DNA of 64,000 bases, taken from the IMG/VR virus record IMGVR_UViG_3300047316_000726, positions 6,949-70,948 of that record. One strand, 5' to 3'. Positions 28,391-37,274 of the stretch are shown one piece after another. The notes beneath the pieces are model-generated. The model had not been told where the DNA came from and searched no databases. It was given only the letters and a program-made list of their open reading frames with translations. The number at the start of each line of letters is the position of its first letter. The first letter of the stretch is position 1. The position numbers and the translations under genes were made by a program. This DNA is from a virus.

Positions 28391-29860
28391 TCAGCTGGCT
28401 TGGTGGTTGAGGAGCTGGTCGAGGAATCCGGTCGCTGAGCCGTCCAGCAGCAGCCGTGTGATGGCTTGGGTCATCGTGTCGACCTGGTCGTCGTGGGCGG
28501 CGGTGGGAAATCCGGCGCATTCCTCGACGAAGTCCAGAATCCACGGCGCCCGTGCCGCGGCGGGTAGATGGACGTTGCCCGCTTCGATGAACGGTGACAC
28601 CGCGGCGACCCTGGCGGCCTTGGAGTCCTTGGGGTTGATCGGGACCATGCCGGGCACCTTCTGCCGCAACTGGGCGATCACCGCAGGCCCGTTGGCTTTG
28701 TCTTCCACCAGTTTCAGTGCCGCTTGCGGCCACTTCGCTGACAGGGCCTGGACCGCGCGGCAGGTGGTCGGAAAGTCCATGCGATCCCGTACCTGGTCGA
28801 GGAGGAACACCTCTGCCCCACGACGCGCCCACACCTGCCCGACCACGTAGTCCGACGCATCGGTGTCCTTGAACGTCATGTCCCAGGACTGGATGACGGT
28901 GTCCATGGCGTGGGCGACCATCGTGCCGTCGGCCTTGGCGTAGGCGGCGGGTGCGTCGTCGTAGCGCCACCACGCCCGCTTGAGCAGGCCGCCCTCCGCA
29001 GGTGCGGGACGGCCCTGGCACAGGGCGGTGAACCCGCGGGCGCCGAAGTTCTTGCGGCGCTTCTCCCATCCGGCTGTCGAGCGGCCGCGCGCGGATTCCA
29101 GCCACTCGCCTGGTTCCCGACCGAGCGGGTCGAGTTCACCCTTGGCTGGGTCGTGGTCGGCCAGCGCGGGGATGTTGACCACATGCCAGTCTTCGGGGTA
29201 CTCGGCGAGCAGCCAGCCGGCGAGGTCGTCCTCGTGCCAGCGGGTCATGACCACGACGACTGGGGTGTGCTCGCCGAGGCGGGCGTTGACCGTTTCCCGC
29301 CACCATTCCTTGGCGTCCTCGCGGTAGGTCTCGGAGTCGGCCTCGGCGCGGCCCTTGACCGGATCGTCGATGATCATGAGATCAACAGGTCGGCCGGTCA
29401 GCGCCCCACCTACGCCAGCGCAGTAGACGCCGCCGGTATGGCCATCCAGCTCCCACTCGTGCGCGGCCGCAGTATCGGCCTTCACCTTCAGGCCCAAATC
29501 GGGGTGGGCCTTGATCTCGTTGCGGATCGCCCGACCCCACCGGCGTGCGGTGCCCAACTCGTAGGAGGCGATCGCGATCCGCAGGTCCGGGTTGCGCAGC
29601 AGCATCCACAGCGGAAACCAGCGGGACACCCGCTGCGACTTCCCTTCCTGCGGGGGCATGAACCACATGAGCCGGTCGACGCGCGCCTCGGCGACCTCGA
29701 CCAACTGCTCGTCGAGCAGTTGCAGTGCCGGCGTCTGGATGGTGACGCGCGGATACAGTGCCGCAGCGAGGGCGCCGGGCGTCGGGTAGGCGGGCCGCTC
29801 GTCGGACTCTAGGTCGGCTTCGATCTGGTCGGCGGCGCGAGAGAGAACACCCACACCCAC
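28391..29860 (-). CDS. terL: Terminase large subunit
   Basis: MPPQEGKS Walker A, LMIIDDPVK Walker B, VVVVMTRWHEDDL, nuclease SWDMTFKD..SDY and HDDQVD. Confidence 0.95.
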   Translation of the reverse strand: MGVGVLSRAADQIEADLESDERPAYPTPGALAAALYPRVTIQTPALQLLDEQLVEVAEARVDRLMWFMPPQEGKSQRVSRWFPLWMLLRNPDLRIAIASYELGTARRWGRAIRNEIKAHPDLGLKVKADTAAAHEWELDGHTGGVYCAGVGGALTGRPVDLMIIDDPVKGRAEADSETYREDAKEWWRETVNARLGEHTPVVVVMTRWHEDDLAGWLLAEYPEDWHVVNIPALADHDPAKGELDPLGREPGEWLESARGRSTAGWEKRRKNFGARGFTALCQGRPAPAEGGLLKRAWWRYDDAPAAYAKADGTMVAHAMDTVIQSWDMTFKDTDASDYVVGQVWARRGAEVFLLDQVRDRMDFPTTCRAVQALSAKWPQAALKLVEDKANGPAVIAQLRQKVPGMVPINPKDSKAARVAAVSPFIEAGNVHLPAAARAPWILDFVEECAGFPTAAHDDQVDTMTQAITRLLLDGSATGFLDQLLNHQAS

Positions 29861-29865
29861 CCCCT

Positions 29866-30399
29866 TCAGGCCACCCGCAGGACCCGCACCGCGGCGAGCT
29901 TCGCTGCCTTGCGCCGGTCCGCCGGGACCTCGGCTACATCAAAGGCGGCCTCAATGGCCTTGAGGACCAGTTCGGCTTCCTTCTCCTCGATCTTCACCAG
30001 GCGCTCGTCGATGTTGAGCTTCGCCATCGACGTGATGAACCGCTCGCATCGGTCGAGCGCCCGTTCCCACAGGGCGACTTCGGAGCGCAACTGCTCGGAG
30101 CCCTTGTCGTCGGTGAACCGCAGCCGCTCCAGGTCGTTGACCTTTCCAGCCAGCACGTCCTTGAATGCCAAGGCCTGCCCAGCCAGCACGCCGAGCGCGG
30201 AGAACGGATCCGCCACCGGCGCGACGTCGAGGCGGGCGAGGACCTTGTTGGCATCGGCTTCGGTCTGCCGGGCCGCGGCCTTGCCCCGCACCTGTTTCGC
30301 ACCGCCGCCGTGCATCCGGCACACCGTGCCGCCCCGGATGGCCCAGTTCCCGCATGGCTTCTTCGTAACACGGCCCTTGCCCCGGCACTTCGCGGCCAT
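29866..30399 (-). CDS. HGG-motif protein, probable terminase small subunit
   Basis: C...C..CRMHGG motif; immediately upstream of terL; GGAGGTGA RBS. Confidence 0.7.
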   Translation of the reverse strand: MAAKCRGKGRVTKKPCGNWAIRGGTVCRMHGGGAKQVRGKAAARQTEADANKVLARLDVAPVADPFSALGVLAGQALAFKDVLAGKVNDLERLRFTDDKGSEQLRSEVALWERALDRCERFITSMAKLNIDERLVKIEEKEAELVLKAIEAAFDVAEVPADRRKAAKLAAVRVLRVA

Positions 30400-30434
30400 C
30401 CCGGTCACCTCCAACCCGTTGCGGTGACGTGGTT

Positions 30435-30755
30435 TTAGGTGATGGACAGGACCCCGACGTCGATCACCGGGATCTCAGGGTTGTCGGTGACCCGGACCCA
30501 CATCATGTATTTCGCGACCGTCAGCGCGATGGTGCCCCCAGGGCCGACCAGGCACTGCGCGACGTAGCTCCCGTCAGCCCGTGGCGTGGTGCCATCCCAC
30601 GAGCCCACCTGCCAGTCCCCGCTGGCAGGCTTCGCGCCGACCGCGGTGAACGCGAACGCCACGACGTCGCCGGTCGGATTCACCGCTGTACCTTCGGCCG
30701 TTGTGGTAACCGACGCCTGGACGTACTGCAGGGACAGAGCGTCCTGGATCAGCAT
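30435..30755 (-). CDS. Small Ig/BppU-N-like beta protein
   Basis: SLQYV.......VNPTGD.V.FAF...W..GSW...AQCLVGP...Y.MWVRVTDNPE.PV pattern; AGGAGG RBS. Confidence 0.55.
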   Translation of the reverse strand: MLIQDALSLQYVQASVTTTAEGTAVNPTGDVVAFAFTAVGAKPASGDWQVGSWDGTTPRADGSYVAQCLVGPGGTIALTVAKYMMWVRVTDNPEIPVIDVGVLSIT

Positions 30756-32647
30756 CAGTCCTCCTGCCTGGAACGCCAACGCTGCTTCGGGGGACCGGCT
30801 CTCCACCGGCCAACCCACCCGGTGACTGCCCACCGCTGGAACGGTCCGCCAACGGCGACAACCAACGCGCGCAACCTGACGGTGAAGGCCGCGGTGGCAG
30901 TGGTGAACACGGTCGTGGTCAACGAGCGCGCCGCGGTTCGGGACACCGTCGCGATGGCAGTGACCGTCGCGACTAGGCGCTGCACAACAGCCCGAGCAGT
31001 CGCGACACTGCCGGTGGTGGTGACCGTGACGGACAGCGGCTTGGTCGTCGTGCGCGTCAGGCTGGTCGAGACACCGACCTGTGTCGACAGCCCGCGTGTC
31101 GAGGCTTTCGTGATGGTGCCCGTGGCGGCCGCGCTACCGGTCAGCGGCTTCGCAATCATCCTGGCGACGGTGGCGACAGAGCTCACCGCGGTGCTCAGGG
31201 TCTTCAGGAACACCTTTGCGACGATCAGTGCGGCGCTGGTCGTTACCGACACCGGCAGCGACTTGGCCACCTGCCGTCCCACGGTGCCCGACGTGGTGAC
31301 TGTTGTCGTCGACGTCTTGGACACCGACGAGGACAGGGTGCCCGTGGTGGACGCTGTGGCGGGTAGGGGCTTTCCTGTGGCGCGGCCCAGGGACACGGCA
31401 GTCGACACGGTGGTGGCGAACGTCCGTAGCGCCACCTTCAGTGCCGAAAACGTCCCGGTGGTACTGATCTGGCCGGGCAGAACGCGGCCAGTTTGCCGTT
31501 GAAGTGCGGCATTAGTGGCGACTGTGCTCGCTTGCGTGAGAGCAGCCTTGCGGGTCACGGTGCCCGTGGCACCGACAAGTCCAGACAGGACCCGGGATAC
31601 CGAGCGAATAACAGCCCCGCTGGTGGCCAGGGTCGCGGTGTAGGTCTGGGCTGCTGCCCGCACCAGCACGCCGGGGACGGCGACTGTCGCAGTCAGGTTT
31701 CGGCTGGTTCGGCGCCCGACCATCCCTGTGGTCGAGACGGTGCCCGCGCACTGCTTACCTACCTGCCGTGTCACCGTCGCCGCGGTTGATACTGCGGTAG
31801 TGAAGACCCGCAGCACGACGTTGGCGACCTGCAGCGTCCCTGTCGTCGATACCACTGTGGTGAACGCCGCCCGAGATACCGACCGCACAACCTGGGCGGT
31901 CGTGGTGGCCGTGACCGGCAGCGACTGGCCGATCCGACGAGACAAGGTGCCGCTCGTGGCTTGCGTACCGGGCAACGACTTGCCGGGCTGCCGGATCGCG
32001 GACACAGACGTGCTGACAGGGCCAGCCAGAAGCCGGGCAAGCTGCCGCTGGACCGCCCCCACCGACGTGACCGTGCCCGCGAGGATCCGCGCCGCCAGCC
32101 TGCTCAACGCCGGGACCGTTGAGACGACAGCGGCCAGGAACTTGCCGCCCTGCCGGGCCAGAGCCCCTGCCGTCGCGACGGACGCAGCCAAGGCCTTCCC
32201 CGGCTGCCTGGCAACACCGGCCGCCGTGCTCACGGTGGCGGACAGTGACTTACCGGGCTGGCGCTGGACGCTGCCTGTCGTCGTCGCGGTTGCCGCGCAG
32301 ACGCGCCCTGGCTGCCGGGCCACGGTGCTCGCCGTGGCCGCGGCACCGGCCAGCGGCTTCGACACCAGCCGGGACACCACCGACGACGACGCCACAGTCG
32401 ACGCCAACCCGCGCGCCGCCGACCGAACCAACACGGGCGTCGTCGTCGCAGTGGACGCCAGCACACGACCAGGGGAGCGGGTCACGCTGCCAGCGGTGAC
32501 CACAGTTGCCGCCACGAGCGTCGACGGCTGCCGCACCAACACTGGCGCCGTGCTCGCGGTGGCTGTCAGGGTGATGGTGTAGAGAGAGCCGCCGAAGCGG
32601 CCGTAGAGGACGTGCCGGCCGGGATAGGAACGTCCAAGGCGAGCCAC
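30755..32647 (-). CDS. Basic Thr/Ala/Val/Ser-rich 18-aa tandem repeat protein
   Basis: About 31 imperfect 18-20-aa repeats, e.g. ATVSTAAGVARQPGKALA. Confidence 0.8.
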   Translation of the reverse strand: MARLGRSYPGRHVLYGRFGGSLYTITLTATASTAPVLVRQPSTLVAATVVTAGSVTRSPGRVLASTATTTPVLVRSAARGLASTVASSSVVSRLVSKPLAGAAATASTVARQPGRVCAATATTTGSVQRQPGKSLSATVSTAAGVARQPGKALAASVATAGALARQGGKFLAAVVSTVPALSRLAARILAGTVTSVGAVQRQLARLLAGPVSTSVSAIRQPGKSLPGTQATSGTLSRRIGQSLPVTATTTAQVVRSVSRAAFTTVVSTTGTLQVANVVLRVFTTAVSTAATVTRQVGKQCAGTVSTTGMVGRRTSRNLTATVAVPGVLVRAAAQTYTATLATSGAVIRSVSRVLSGLVGATGTVTRKAALTQASTVATNAALQRQTGRVLPGQISTTGTFSALKVALRTFATTVSTAVSLGRATGKPLPATASTTGTLSSSVSKTSTTTVTTSGTVGRQVAKSLPVSVTTSAALIVAKVFLKTLSTAVSSVATVARMIAKPLTGSAAATGTITKASTRGLSTQVGVSTSLTRTTTKPLSVTVTTTGSVATARAVVQRLVATVTAIATVSRTAARSLTTTVFTTATAAFTVRLRALVVAVGGPFQRWAVTGWVGRWRAGPPKQRWRSRQED

Positions 32648-32681
32648 GGCTCACCCCCCGGCGGTGCGAAGGTGTCGCCGA

Positions 32682-33224
32682 TCAGAGTTCGACGATGACG
32701 TAGCAGTAGGCGTTTACCGAGGTGCCGAATGTCATCCGGATGCGCAGGAACTCCACCGTCTGCTTGCCGTTTAGCTCAGGCTCTCTAGAGAGCGGGAACT
32801 GTTTGACGTACTGGTTTGTGGGCGCGATCATCTGGCAGTCGAACATCCGGGCGTTCGCCACGGTCCCCTCGGTGACTGCGGCGGTGGCGAAGCCCGAGAG
32901 TCCGGTGCCCAGGTTGAACGGGACGCCACCGGTACCGGCCGTGTTGGCGGTGGTGTTCGGGTCACCGTAGGGCTGGATGTCACCCGCCACATAGGCGGTG
33001 GACAGCCCGGTCGCCGCCACCGTCGTCGCAAACAGCTCGACCTGACCCGGCGTCGCCGCCGCGCTCGCGTCGAACGAACAGCCCCACTCGATGATCCGAA
33101 TCGGATATCCGGCAGCGGGGGCGAGCTGCATCATCGTGCGGATCGCCGTGCCCGTCGGTTGTTTGACCGGGGCCGCCGTCGTGACCGCTGCCGAGTTATG
33201 GATCAGATAGGTCTTGGCAGCCAT
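32682..33224 (-). CDS. Hypothetical virion-like beta protein
   Basis: Operon packing, GAGGAG RBS. Confidence 0.65.
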   Translation of the reverse strand: MAAKTYLIHNSAAVTTAAPVKQPTGTAIRTMMQLAPAAGYPIRIIEWGCSFDASAAATPGQVELFATTVAATGLSTAYVAGDIQPYGDPNTTANTAGTGGVPFNLGTGLSGFATAAVTEGTVANARMFDCQMIAPTNQYVKQFPLSREPELNGKQTVEFLRIRMTFGTSVNAYCYVIVEL

Positions 33225-33237
33225 CGCCCGGCGCTCC

Positions 33238-33951
33238 TCAGTAGATTGCCGCCCGGTTCCGGGCAATACGTGTGGTGAACAAGGAGTTCGATACAGGTCC
33301 CGTTGCTGTGGCAGGCAGGACTTCGAAGGCGGCCAGCATGTAGGTATCCGCAGCGCCAGCCGACCAGCCGTACGTTGTGGCGCCGGGAGTTGTGGTCGCC
33401 GCCAGGGCTTTGAACGCGGCAGCGGTTTCGCCGTCGCTGGCGTTGTTGAACCAGGTTCCCGCTGTGGCGCTTGCCGCGTTTGCCGTCAATGCTGCTTGGT
33501 TGGTTGCCAGATCCATCATGCAGCCGTAAACCCACGACCCGACGGTGGTAGTGGTGAGGGCGATGGTCGGCGTGGTGCCTGAGGTATGCAGAGCAGTCGC
33601 GCCATTTTGAGTTTGCGCCGCGCCGTTCAATACCCTCACGGTCATAAATTCAGTCGTACCGCCCGCCGTCGGCGTACCGGTCACAGTGATCGATCCCGGC
33701 GCCGACGTCAGATACGTGTACCAAATCTCGGCATCCCCAGCCCCCGAGGCATTCGCTCTAGCTGGGCGCGTCCACGTATGAGATCCAGAATCAGTGACAG
33801 TGGCGGTGACGGTGCCCGATGCTGCCGCCCAGGACGTCAGCGCCACCAGCAGTGAACCTGATGGCGGAGAGAACGAAGCAGTGGCGAGGGCTGCGCTGGA
33901 GGTGCTGCGGGACACCGTTGCGGGCTGGGAGGCATCCTCGGTGATCGCCAC
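33238..33951 (-). CDS. Thr/Ala-rich beta-sandwich-like protein
   Basis: TASFSPPSGSLLVAL...VTDSGSHTWT...IWY pattern; lower GC than neighbours. Confidence 0.65.
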   Translation of the reverse strand: MAITEDASQPATVSRSTSSAALATASFSPPSGSLLVALTSWAAASGTVTATVTDSGSHTWTRPARANASGAGDAEIWYTYLTSAPGSITVTGTPTAGGTTEFMTVRVLNGAAQTQNGATALHTSGTTPTIALTTTTVGSWVYGCMMDLATNQAALTANAASATAGTWFNNASDGETAAAFKALAATTTPGATTYGWSAGAADTYMLAAFEVLPATATGPVSNSLFTTRIARNRAAIY

Positions 33952-34063
33952 CGATCACCCCCGGACTCGCCAACAAGTCTTGATGGTTTGGGATTGGCTT
34001 GCGGATCAATTGGCTTCCGTGTGGTGAGAATGAGTGGCGACTTACGTTCGCCCAAGGATAGAT

Positions 34064-34717
34064 CTACGAGTGCTTGATTTGCACCGTGCTTTGAAGACTA
34101 TCGTTCGTATTGAGCGCCAATCCCGTGAAACTGGCGTGGAGATAGAGGGTCGAGTTTGCGGTCGACGTTCCCGGTGCGTTCCCCGTCGTCACGATGTCCA
34201 CTGCCGCGATAGTCGCAATCGCCGACGAGCCATTCGCGCCGCGGGTGACCGTCAGGGCGGTTGATCCGGACCCGGCGGTGACCTGCATGACCTCGGTACG
34301 GACCTGCACGTAGGTGCCGTTGGCCGGGGTGTAGGTCGCGGCGACGTTGAGAGTCGTGGCGGAACTGGAGCCCACCACACCGCCGGCCGCGACGGTGGTG
34401 GAAAACGGCTTGGTTGTCGAGTCCGAGAGCAGCACCTCGGCGATCGTCTGATTGCTCAGCGACGTGATCGTCCCCTGCACCTGGTACGTGTCGTTCGTGG
34501 TGGTCGTCGTGACGATGCTGGAGGTTCCGGCTACGCGGGTCTCGGCGCCTTCCTGGAACGCGGCGACATCCGTCACGGCCGCGGTGAAGGGGCCGCCAGC
34601 GGCGCCCCCGGTGCCCCAGCCGAGGTTCTTGGGCTCGAGCTGGGTGGGCGTGGTGCCGATCATGCGGCCCGCGATCACCTCACGACCCTTGGACGTGACG
34701 AGAACGGTGTTAGCCAA
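34064..34717 (-). CDS. Virion-like structural protein with inserted beta domain
   Basis: GRE.IAGRM.G...LGWGTG...ETRVAGT...NDTYQV.GTIT...IAEV pattern, like small tail-associated proteins. Confidence 0.65.
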   Translation of the reverse strand: MANTVLVTSKGREVIAGRMIGTTPTQLEPKNLGWGTGGAAGGPFTAAVTDVAAFQEGAETRVAGTSSIVTTTTTNDTYQVQGTITSLSNQTIAEVLLSDSTTKPFSTTVAAGGVVGSSSATTLNVAATYTPANGTYVQVRTEVMQVTAGSGSTALTVTRGANGSSAIATIAAVDIVTTGNAPGTSTANSTLYLHASFTGLALNTNDSLQSTVQIKHS

Positions 34718-34723
34718 CGGAAT

Positions 34724-35011
34724 TCACTCCTTCTTGGCGCGCAGATTGGTCGCGCGCCGGTTCGCGCGCCGAACACGACGATCAGCAAGCGGCTTCCCCA
34801 CCAGTTGCCACCACGCCTGCCTCAAGGGATTGCGGTACTGCGCGGTCACAACGCCGAGATCCTCGACAGTGGGTGCCAGCGGATTGCCGCACACAGCACA
34901 CGGTTCGCCCAGATGCCGGCCAGCACCGCACGCCTGGCAGGCCCGAACGATGACTTGCCGCACCTCGGCGGTGGAGATGGAGTCCGCTGTCGACGGGGCG
35001 GGTTCAGTCAC
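34724..35011 (-). CDS. Zinc-ribbon hypothetical protein
   Basis: CQACG...CAVCG; GTGA overlap with the upstream stop. Confidence 0.6.
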   Translation of the reverse strand: MTEPAPSTADSISTAEVRQVIVRACQACGAGRHLGEPCAVCGNPLAPTVEDLGVVTAQYRNPLRQAWWQLVGKPLADRRVRRANRRATNLRAKKE

Positions 35012-35193
35012 GACACCCCCCAGCTGGGATCTACTTCGTTGAGCAGAGAACGAACGGCGCGGCGTTCCTTGGCCTTCGCGCGAGCCTGCGGTGTGCCACC
35101 ACCGTGCATCCGGCAGACGTTGGCGCCCTTCATCGGCGAGTTGCCGCACGGCTTCTTGGTGACCTTCCCGCGACCGGTGCACTTTTCCGCCAT
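35008..35193 (-). CDS. Short HGG-motif paralogue (61 aa) of 29866-30399
   Basis: KCTGRGKVTKKPCGN...CRMHGGG; same GGAGGTGACCGG RBS context. Confidence 0.75.
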   Translation of the reverse strand: MAEKCTGRGKVTKKPCGNSPMKGANVCRMHGGGTPQARAKAKERRAVRSLLNEVDPSWGVS

Positions 35194-35214
35194 GCCGGTC
35201 ACCTCCGGAGTCGG

Positions 35215-35490
35215 TCAGAACCGGTAGCGGTAGTAGGTCAGCGTCGCGGCTGTGCCGCACGGATCGTTCTCGCTATGACAGCGGTTGCACGTCTCCAGCA
35301 GGTGGCAGTGATCGTTGTCACTGCGGAGAAAGCCGCACGTCCGACACTGGCCGAGCCGGTCGTACAACGGGGGCACTGTCCGGACAGCGCACTTCTTGGG
35401 GTCGAGGCCAGGTACAGGGCGTACGTTGTCGCCCGGCAGTATCTGGTTCCGACCCTGCACGGCTCGGCGACTCTTGCGTGGGACGGTCAC
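35215..35490 (-). CDS. Cys-rich hypothetical protein
   Basis: Several CxxC motifs; overlap coupling. Confidence 0.55.
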   Translation of the reverse strand: MTVPRKSRRAVQGRNQILPGDNVRPVPGLDPKKCAVRTVPPLYDRLGQCRTCGFLRSDNDHCHLLETCNRCHSENDPCGTAATLTYYRYRF

Positions 35491-35864
35491 TGCTTGCGCC
35501 AGAAGTCGGCGCCGCGTGTTTCCTCGCGTTGGAGGTAGTCGCGTATCTCATCGTCGGTCGGCGGCCGCGCAGGTACCGCTGAGGCCCGTTCCGGGGTGAG
35601 GGCCTGCACGGTGTGTGAGCCGTCGCGCAGGGTCCAGTCCACGGCGACCATGTGCACCGGGTCGGGGCGGCCGTCGTGCCCGTACCGCGGGGACATCTCG
35701 ATCGCGTCCTTCGGGGCGTCGGGTGCGTCGATGGCGAGGAGCAGCATCGGCTCGCCGTCTGTGGTCTCGGTGCGGGCACCGACGATGCGCATCGTCGCGC
35801 CGAGGCGCATCAGCTGGGCCAGGATGTCGGCCGGAACCCGGAGGGCAATCGTGCGGCGGGTCAT
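35487..35864 (-). CDS. Hypothetical protein
   Basis: Overlap-coupled ORF. Confidence 0.65.
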   Translation of the reverse strand: MTRRTIALRVPADILAQLMRLGATMRIVGARTETTDGEPMLLLAIDAPDAPKDAIEMSPRYGHDGRPDPVHMVAVDWTLRDGSHTVQALTPERASAVPARPPTDDEIRDYLQREETRGADFWRKQ

Positions 35865-36292
35865 GACTCGACAGCCGGGTCATCGTCGGCGCACGATGCC
35901 GACTGGCCGAGGTGGTTCCGGTGTGGGAGAAGGTGCCCGCGTTCGCAGGTCGGTCCCGGGTTGTTCACGAACGCTTGGAACTGGCGAGCCGCCAGGACCT
36001 GTTCAGCTTCCTCGTGGGTGAGGGCCAGGCGCACCGGACCGCCGGGCAGGGCGATGCGCTGCTCGACGTTCGGCTCCTCGGCGACGGCCTCGATGTCGAC
36101 ATCGACCATCTCCAGGACAGCCCGAGTCGTTTGGGCAGCGTCGAGGATCACGGTGGCGCGAACAACGTTGGTGAGCTGGATGTCATCGACGAAGACCTTC
36201 GCCTTCGAGCCGTGCGGGTATTCGGAGACGATCCGCACGCGGGACTTATGGATCGCAGTCGCCTCAGGGGCGGGTTCCATGGGGGCGGTCAT
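35861..36292 (-). CDS. Hypothetical protein
   Basis: GAAGGA RBS, overlap coupling. Confidence 0.65.
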   Translation of the reverse strand: MTAPMEPAPEATAIHKSRVRIVSEYPHGSKAKVFVDDIQLTNVVRATVILDAAQTTRAVLEMVDVDIEAVAEEPNVEQRIALPGGPVRLALTHEEAEQVLAARQFQAFVNNPGPTCERGHLLPHRNHLGQSASCADDDPAVES

Positions 36293-36326
36293 GGGGGAGT
36301 CCTTCGCTGGGGCGGATGGTGGTACT

Positions 36327-36371
36327 GGCCAGCCCCCGCGAGAAGTCGGTGCGGTCTCGCGGCGACTGGCC
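36327..36371 (-). terminator. Hairpin downstream of micro-ORF
   Basis: 15 of 17 bp paired (GGCCAG..CCGCGAGA / TCTCGCGG..CTGGCC), 11-nt loop. Confidence 0.5.
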
Positions 36372-36386
36372 CCCAGAACGGTCAGA

Positions 36387-36431
36387 TCAGAGGTGCAGGA
36401 ACAGAAACAGGTTGAGGAACAGGTACAGCAC
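36387..36431 (-). CDS. 14-aa hydrophobic micropeptide MLYLFLNLFLFLHL
   Basis: Strong AAGGGAGGTGA RBS 5 nt before GTG; ends in TGA. Confidence 0.45.
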   Translation of the reverse strand: MLYLFLNLFLFLHL

Positions 36432-36461
36432 GCAGGTCACCTCCCTTGCCGGACAGATTGG

Positions 36462-36623
36462 TCAGGCTGTGGAGGCGAGGACCTCACGGTCGTCGAGTCG
36501 GGCGATCGTGTGCCCGTGGCGTTCGGCGAGGTGCCGGCAGAACCAGTCGCCTTCGTCGAAGTCGGCCCGGCACGGATCGCACCGGTCAACCCAGTGCGGG
36601 CCGGTACAGACCGGGAGCAGCAT
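36462..36623 (-). CDS. Small Cys/His hypothetical protein
   Basis: CDPC...FCRHL..RH pattern; start uncertain. Confidence 0.4.
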   Translation of the reverse strand: MLLPVCTGPHWVDRCDPCRADFDEGDWFCRHLAERHGHTIARLDDREVLASTA

Positions 36624-37077
36624 CGGACCTGGGCGCGCGGTACGGACGATCACCACGGACCTCCTCAGGGGCAACGCCAGCACTGGAGGCGGGTGTCGTG
36701 GATGCGAAGCGCAACCCGATCGGCACCCGAACCTGGGTGCCGTAGTGCTCGTTGGCGTGGGACAGGGGCTGGAACTGGAAATCGATCGGCAGCCCTGTGT
36801 ACGAGTGGCCCAGCGTCGACAGTGCGACGGTGATCAGCGACAGGTACTGGTTGGTCCACCACGGTTTGATCGTCGACGGGAACAGGGCGTCGAACTCGTC
36901 GTCGGGCAGCATCAGGCGCACGTCGACATCGCGCCATTGCTTGCCGACCGCGGCTGAGCCGACGAGGAACGGCGTGTGTCCGTAGGCGTCGAAAATGAGG
37001 CGCCCGAAGTGGTCGAGCCGAATCAGGCCGGGTCCGCCGACGCCGATCTGTGGACGCGGTTGCGTGGGAACAGACAC
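36586..37077 (-). CDS. Minimal nucleotidyltransferase-fold protein
   Basis: LVGSAAVGKQWRDVDV fits hGS-x-DhD; likely third Asp in LPIDFQF; GGGTGAGG RBS. Confidence 0.65.
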   Translation of the reverse strand: MSVPTQPRPQIGVGGPGLIRLDHFGRLIFDAYGHTPFLVGSAAVGKQWRDVDVRLMLPDDEFDALFPSTIKPWWTNQYLSLITVALSTLGHSYTGLPIDFQFQPLSHANEHYGTQVRVPIGLRFASTTPASSAGVAPEEVRGDRPYRAPRSDAAPGLYRPALG

Positions 37078-37084
37078 GGCTGCC

Positions 37085-37246
37085 TCACCCGGCGTGGAGG
37101 GTGAACAGGTCGACGACCAGGACAACACCGGCGAGGACGGCGGCAACGATGACCATCGATTGGGCAATGCGACCGCCGATGGCGAGACCGAGGAACCCGA
37201 TGGTCGCCGCAGCGGCGAGCAGGATGGCCAGCAGGGCAGGAGACAC
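37085..37246 (-). CDS. 53-aa two-TM membrane protein
   Basis: GGAGG RBS; sequence VSPALLAILLAAAATIGFLGLAIGGRIAQSMVIVAAVLAGVVLVVDLFTLHAG. Confidence 0.65.
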   Translation of the reverse strand: MSPALLAILLAAAATIGFLGLAIGGRIAQSMVIVAAVLAGVVLVVDLFTLHAG

Positions 37247-37274
37247 GTGGACCTCCACTGTCGATCAGAGCGAG

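Noticed and set aside
33952-34063. AT-richer 112-bp spacer with a short AAGCCAAT repeat
   Set aside because: Too short and non-specific to call; likely a mosaic boundary or promoter.
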